DNA from: Spirochaetota bacterium
Lineage (GTDB): Bacteria; Spirochaetota; GWE2-31-10
Reading direction: 5' to 3'
Assembly: GCA_022361115.1 (NCBI GenBank)
Contig: JAKSBL010000286.1
Location: forward strand, 1-43,475
DNA length: 43,475 bases
Position 1 is the stretch's first letter, and every line of letters starts with the position of its first letter. The notes beneath the pieces were generated by a model. That model was given only the letters and a program-made list of their open reading frames with translations, was not told where the DNA came from and made no database searches. Below, one piece after another: positions 39,185 through 43,475 of this stretch. The position numbers and the translations under genes were made by a program.

Positions 39185-39754
39185 TCAGATTAATAAATTT
39201 GCTGGGATTACATCCTCAATTTTTTTAGTTTGATCATAATAATGATCGATTATTTTTTTTATAATGACTGAAAGCTCAGGATCTGTACCATAAGAGGAGT
39301 CTCTTAAATTCTCAATAATCTCCAAGGCAATATTTTGGATATTTTTATCAGTGTGAATCAGATATTTACCAATATGATAAAGATCAGAAACACTTAACTG
39401 ATATAATTGAAAACCAGAACGATCTGAATGATATTGTGAATCCAGTACACCTAAACAAGCTAAAATAGTATTGGGTAATAATGTGTGAGGCTGATGATGA
39501 ATTAAAAGACTTAAGGTCTGTTGGATTAAGTCTCCAGTAGCTTTAAATTTGCAAAAAAAGGAGAGAGCTTGTCGATTACTGAATAATTTTTCAGTAGCCT
39601 CAGGGATATTGCGATTTAATATTTTGATAAAAAGAGAATAATTAGTCTGGTTTATTGTCACTGTGGTAAGGTATCCGGCAAAAGCAATAATTCCAGACTG
39701 CGCTTCTTGACTATTGTCCCGAAGCATACTATCCAGCATTTCAGCAGAAAACAT
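39185..39754 (-). CDS. Hypothetical helical protein
   Basis: 189-aa ORF with GAGG RBS; Leu/Ile-rich helical pattern; no family recognised. Confidence 0.7.
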   Translation of the reverse strand: MFSAEMLDSMLRDNSQEAQSGIIAFAGYLTTVTINQTNYSLFIKILNRNIPEATEKLFSNRQALSFFCKFKATGDLIQQTLSLLIHHQPHTLLPNTILACLGVLDSQYHSDRSGFQLYQLSVSDLYHIGKYLIHTDKNIQNIALEIIENLRDSSYGTDPELSVIIKKIIDHYYDQTKKIEDVIPANLLI

Positions 39755-39814
39755 GGCAATCCTCTTCTGGTTGTAAAAAACTAGTTATTCTGATAATTCT
39801 TGAACATATTTTGC

Positions 39815-39842
39815 TTGACACTATACATTAATATTATATGAT
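39815..39842 (+). promoter_or_regulatory. Candidate sigma-70 promoter of lnt
   Basis: TTGACA (39815-39820)-N16-TATGAT (39837-39842). Confidence 0.5.
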
Positions 39843-39898
39843 GAGCTGTATTAGAATGGTAAAAAATTTAGTATTTTTTTTTGGAAAAAGTTAGGATT

Positions 39899-41992
39899 AT
39901 GGAAGAAATCGTAAAAAAATATATTTATGAAATAAAACCGGTTTATAAAATACTTGCCTTTTTTTTCTTTGGTTTTTTATGGGCCCTAGCCAATGTAGGG
40001 TATTCGGTTGCCTTGTTAACCTGGTTTGCATTTGTCCCTTTTTTGTTTTTGATTAAATATGAAAACATGAAAAGAGGAGTATTGCTTTCTTTTATCTTTG
40101 GCTTTACAGTCTATATTTTTAATCTTTGGTGGATGATGAATCCGTTTCTTGCTTATTTTGATTTAAATAATCAATTTTTAACTGGTTTAGCCTTAGGTTT
40201 ACTCGTTGTGTGTGGATTATCAGCTTATTTTGGTTTTTCCTACTCATTAATTTTTTTGATCTCTCGCTTTATCACCTACCGAAAAAATAAAAAACTCTTT
40301 TATTTGGTGGTCCCTGTTGTATATACAGTAGTTGATTATTTTTATCCTAAACTTTGGGCAGACCAATTAGGGTATTCTCAATATGTTTTTTTTCACTTTT
40401 CTCAGGTGGCAGATATTTTTGGGGTTTCCTTTATCTCATTATTAATTGTTTTTAGCAACTGTGCAATCATTGATTTGATAGAGGCAATCTGGTATAAAAA
40501 GAATGTTTTCAAACATGGAGCCATGTTTGTGGTGGTCATTGCTCTGGTTATTTCCAGTAGTATATATGGAATTTTTCGTTATCGTAATATTTTAGAAAAA
40601 ATTGAACAGAGTGAAAAGGTAAAAGTTGGCTTGGTTCAGGGAAATCTGACTGGATTTGACAAGATGACCATTCCTAATTCATTTACTATTGATAAATATA
40701 ACCGATTAGCTGAAGAACTATTAGAGGAAGACCTGGATATTATGGTTTGGCCGGAAACAGTTATTCCCGCAACTTATTCGTCAGCAAAAATGGATTTTAG
40801 TAATGTGAAAAAGTTTAAAAAATTTCCTCTTTTATTCGGTACGCATATTGTAGAAGAACATGAAGATGGGGACGATGAATATTATAATTCATTGGTTTTA
40901 TTATCTGAAAATCAACAAAAATTAGATTCCTATTATAAAATGCAATTACTGCCCTTTATTGAAGATATGCCTCTTGATTTTATCTTAGGTCCTGTTTTAC
41001 AACTTTATTCTGCCGGAGAGTTTTCACGAGGTAAAGATTATAAATTACTCCATTTAGATAAAATGAAAATTGCAGCAAATATTTGTTATGAAGCCCTCTT
41101 TGCCAATCATATTAGAAAATCACTCTCTGTCGGAGAAGAACGGGCAAATATTCTTATCAATGCAACCAATGACTCCTGGTATGGCCGGTCTATTGAACCG
41201 ATGATGCATTTGCACATTGCCGGTATGCGCGCTATTGAGAATCGAATTTTTTTAGTTCGTTCAACTTGTACTGGTCATTCAGCAGTTTTTAATGCTGCAG
41301 GAGAATTAATAAATCCAACTAATCAAAAATCAAAAGAATGGTTTGAAAAGCAAGGTGAAAATCTGATAAAAAAAGCGGAAAAATTGATTTCTTTAAGTTC
41401 TCAAACAGCTCAAACCCTTTTATTAAAGGAAAAAGAACTTATTATTAGTTTGAAACAAAAAGAAAAATTTAACAAAGAGGAACTGGTAAAGACTTTTCAG
41501 TTTCTTGATGAATTTTCCAGGCAAATCTTAATAAATTATCCGGAGTATAAAACAGAAGCTAAGCGGATTAGCAAGTATAAAGAAAGGCTTATCAATTTTT
41601 TAATAAAAATAGATTCTAAATCTGAAGTAAATCTTGAAAATCTGGTGTTAGATCGAGTTTTAAATATTAACAAATACATAAGCAGGATAGAGAAGAAATC
41701 AAAAGGCCTGAGAAAAACCGGAAAAAATCTTACGAACTTACGCGAATCCGATCTGGACCAATATATTTCACCCTTATTCTTTGAAGATACTACTGTTTAC
41801 CAGGCTGCTTTGATGGAAGATGAGACCATTTTTAACCTGGGCGGGTGGATTTTTATTTATATACTGGCCATTGGATTATTGATAAATTTAATCATTATTT
41901 TTGTGGTTCGCTTTTATAAAATTCAAGCAAAGCGTAGAGCTATTAAAGAAATTCAGGAGAGGAGAAAAATAATTCAACTCTGGCTGGATTAA
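39899..41992 (+). CDS. lnt: Apolipoprotein N-acyltransferase with a large insertion
   Basis: N-terminal TM bundle; LGYSQ, VQGN, VWPET, YYKMQLLPFIE, ICYE, TNDSWYG and RAIEN motifs; ATG 39899 preferred (AGGA upstream) over TTG 39881. Confidence 0.93.
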   Translation: MEEIVKKYIYEIKPVYKILAFFFFGFLWALANVGYSVALLTWFAFVPFLFLIKYENMKRGVLLSFIFGFTVYIFNLWWMMNPFLAYFDLNNQFLTGLALGLLVVCGLSAYFGFSYSLIFLISRFITYRKNKKLFYLVVPVVYTVVDYFYPKLWADQLGYSQYVFFHFSQVADIFGVSFISLLIVFSNCAIIDLIEAIWYKKNVFKHGAMFVVVIALVISSSIYGIFRYRNILEKIEQSEKVKVGLVQGNLTGFDKMTIPNSFTIDKYNRLAEELLEEDLDIMVWPETVIPATYSSAKMDFSNVKKFKKFPLLFGTHIVEEHEDGDDEYYNSLVLLSENQQKLDSYYKMQLLPFIEDMPLDFILGPVLQLYSAGEFSRGKDYKLLHLDKMKIAANICYEALFANHIRKSLSVGEERANILINATNDSWYGRSIEPMMHLHIAGMRAIENRIFLVRSTCTGHSAVFNAAGELINPTNQKSKEWFEKQGENLIKKAEKLISLSSQTAQTLLLKEKELIISLKQKEKFNKEELVKTFQFLDEFSRQILINYPEYKTEAKRISKYKERLINFLIKIDSKSEVNLENLVLDRVLNINKYISRIEKKSKGLRKTGKNLTNLRESDLDQYISPLFFEDTTVYQAALMEDETIFNLGGWIFIYILAIGLLINLIIIFVVRFYKIQAKRRAIKEIQERRKIIQLWLD

Positions 41993-42041
41993 AGGTTGTT
42001 TAAAATGATAAATCTTTAATAATTAATGATAGAGAAAGCAA

Positions 42042-43475
42042 ATGAAAAATAAAATCACTATTCTTATCTTTTTATTGATTATTCTTTTTCAAAATTATTC
42101 TGACCAGTGGCGGATTAATAAGAGTTCTAACTATCTAAGAATTACAGATTGTATTATCAGAGATATTGATGGGGATCAAATTGATGAAATTATCATAGCT
42201 TCCTATTCATTTAAAGGGAAGTTTATAGATATTTACCGTTTAAAAAATGGTCAGCTGTTATTATTAGATAAAAAAAAGGTTCCAAAGCAAACTATTTTTT
42301 TTGATGTAGGTGATATTGATAATGACAAAAAAACAGATATCGTTTTTTTAGCTAGTGATGGCCTCTATTTTTCACCGATTTCAGAAAATCTTCGTTTACC
42401 CAATGTGCCTGATTTTTATACAGAAACTCCAAAAGATCAGGTCAGTCAGTACCGTTATATTCCCCACATACACTCTGAACTGGTAGTTTCTCAACCAGAG
42501 TTGTTAGCTGATGTTCCTTTAGTTGTTGATTTAGATGGAAATGGAACGAATGAGCTGATAATAGAAAACATCCGGGCTATTGAGATTTATGATACTAAGA
42601 ACTTTAAGAAAACAGCTACTATAGATTTAGAGTCTATCCTGGAATTTTCTCTCGTTCCTGGTCAAATTTACCCCCATTATATCTTTTATACATTACCCAT
42701 TATTCAGATAACGGATATTGATAATGATAATAAAAAAGAAATTATTACAAAGTTTCCGCGTTCAATGAATATTTACAGCCATCAGGGTATTAACAATTGG
42801 CAATTAAAAAAAAGAGTGATAGTAAATGAGGATAATGTCTATTTTTTATCTGATTCATTTGTGAAATTTTCTTTCCCTGTGATTGAAGATTTGAATGGCG
42901 ATCACATAAAAGAATTGATTATCTCTTCTGCAAATTTGGATATGCCGCGCTTGAGATTTGAGGCAGTCGGAGATGTCTATTATTTTAATAAAGAAGATAT
43001 TTCTCGTCATACCAATAGCCGGATTGTGGTAAAGGGAATTCCTCTCAACCTTCCCCGTTTTTTTCATATCAGCAGTATGAAAAATAAAGATTTACTGGTG
43101 CCGGCTATTCCATTTAACCTGTTTTCCATATTTGGTATCCTTTCGGGACAGGGTAATATAGATGTGCCTTTTCTTTATTATCAACAATCTGATAATGGTT
43201 CTTATGAAGATTTTAAACCAAAAAAAGCCTTTGAAATTCCTTTTCGTATCGAAAATATTATGTCATTTGTAGAAGAAGTGCCTTTTGATCAATACCAAAA
43301 AGGGAAATTTCCTGATTTTTACTATTTTGATCATAAATTAAAAGATAAAAAAGTAAATATTTTACATTATTATTATGGTAAAAAATCATATGCTGATGAA
43401 GTGATTGCTACACTTGATATTCCTGCTTATACTCCTGAACTTCCGGCAAATTTGAAGTTAGGAAATTTTACGAAT
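42042..43475 (+). CDS. FG-GAP/VCBS repeat exported protein, truncated at window end (absent from the ORF track)
   Basis: MKNKITILIFLLIILFQ signal; repeats DIDGDQIDEII, GDIDNDKKTDIV, DLDGNGTNELI, DIDNDNKKEII and DLNGDHIKELI; the same frame reads PANLKLGNFTN at the window edge. Confidence 0.85.
   Translation, partial: MKNKITILIFLLIILFQNYSDQWRINKSSNYLRITDCIIRDIDGDQIDEIIIASYSFKGKFIDIYRLKNGQLLLLDKKKVPKQTIFFDVGDIDNDKKTDIVFLASDGLYFSPISENLRLPNVPDFYTETPKDQVSQYRYIPHIHSELVVSQPELLADVPLVVDLDGNGTNELIIENIRAIEIYDTKNFKKTATIDLESILEFSLVPGQIYPHYIFYTLPIIQITDIDNDNKKEIITKFPRSMNIYSHQGINNWQLKKRVIVNEDNVYFLSDSFVKFSFPVIEDLNGDHIKELIISSANLDMPRLRFEAVGDVYYFNKEDISRHTNSRIVVKGIPLNLPRFFHISSMKNKDLLVPAIPFNLFSIFGILSGQGNIDVPFLYYQQSDNGSYEDFKPKKAFEIPFRIENIMSFVEEVPFDQYQKGKFPDFYYFDHKLKDKKVNILHYYYGKKSYADEVIATLDIPAYTPELPANLKLGNFTN

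Noticed and set aside
42855-43067. 70-aa minus-strand ORF
   Set aside because: It is an antisense shadow of the FG-GAP gene.

Overview
AT-rich bacterial chromosomal segment. It is probably from a spirochaete; this is an inference from the def-fmt-stand-alone-PASTA arrangement, the lipobox style and the short ComEC. I found no rRNA, tRNA, CRISPR array, transposase or prophage. Left part (1-15.8 kb), accessory and surface genes: tandem chitin-active genes ending in an identical 79-bp tail, comEC, an ECF sigma/FecR-propeller module with two neighbouring lipoproteins, an unusual Cache-PAS-DUF294 membrane nucleotidyltransferase, and a secreted pullulanase behind a 45-bp palindromic double operator. 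Middle, core genes: acyP, def-fmt-PASTA-adenylate cyclase, a SurA-like PPIase and tig-clpP-clpX-lon-2-hydroxyacid dehydrogenase. Right part: Fic-like gene plus Na/Pi cotransporter, plsC, a REC-NrtA fusion, an MFS transporter, PAP2, a signal-peptide Sm-like protein, glgP, lnt with a large insertion, and a truncated FG-GAP protein. Best novelty candidates: (1) the membrane receptor-nucleotidyltransferase with an N-terminal His-rich domain (10229-12832); (2) a thrice-repeated GCAAGATTT-N13-GACT motif that may define a local ECF regulon (7784-8785); (3) an unannotated ~80-nt sRNA candidate with its own promoter and a C-rich terminator loop (20720-20800). All family assignments come from recognising motifs by eye; no searches were run.
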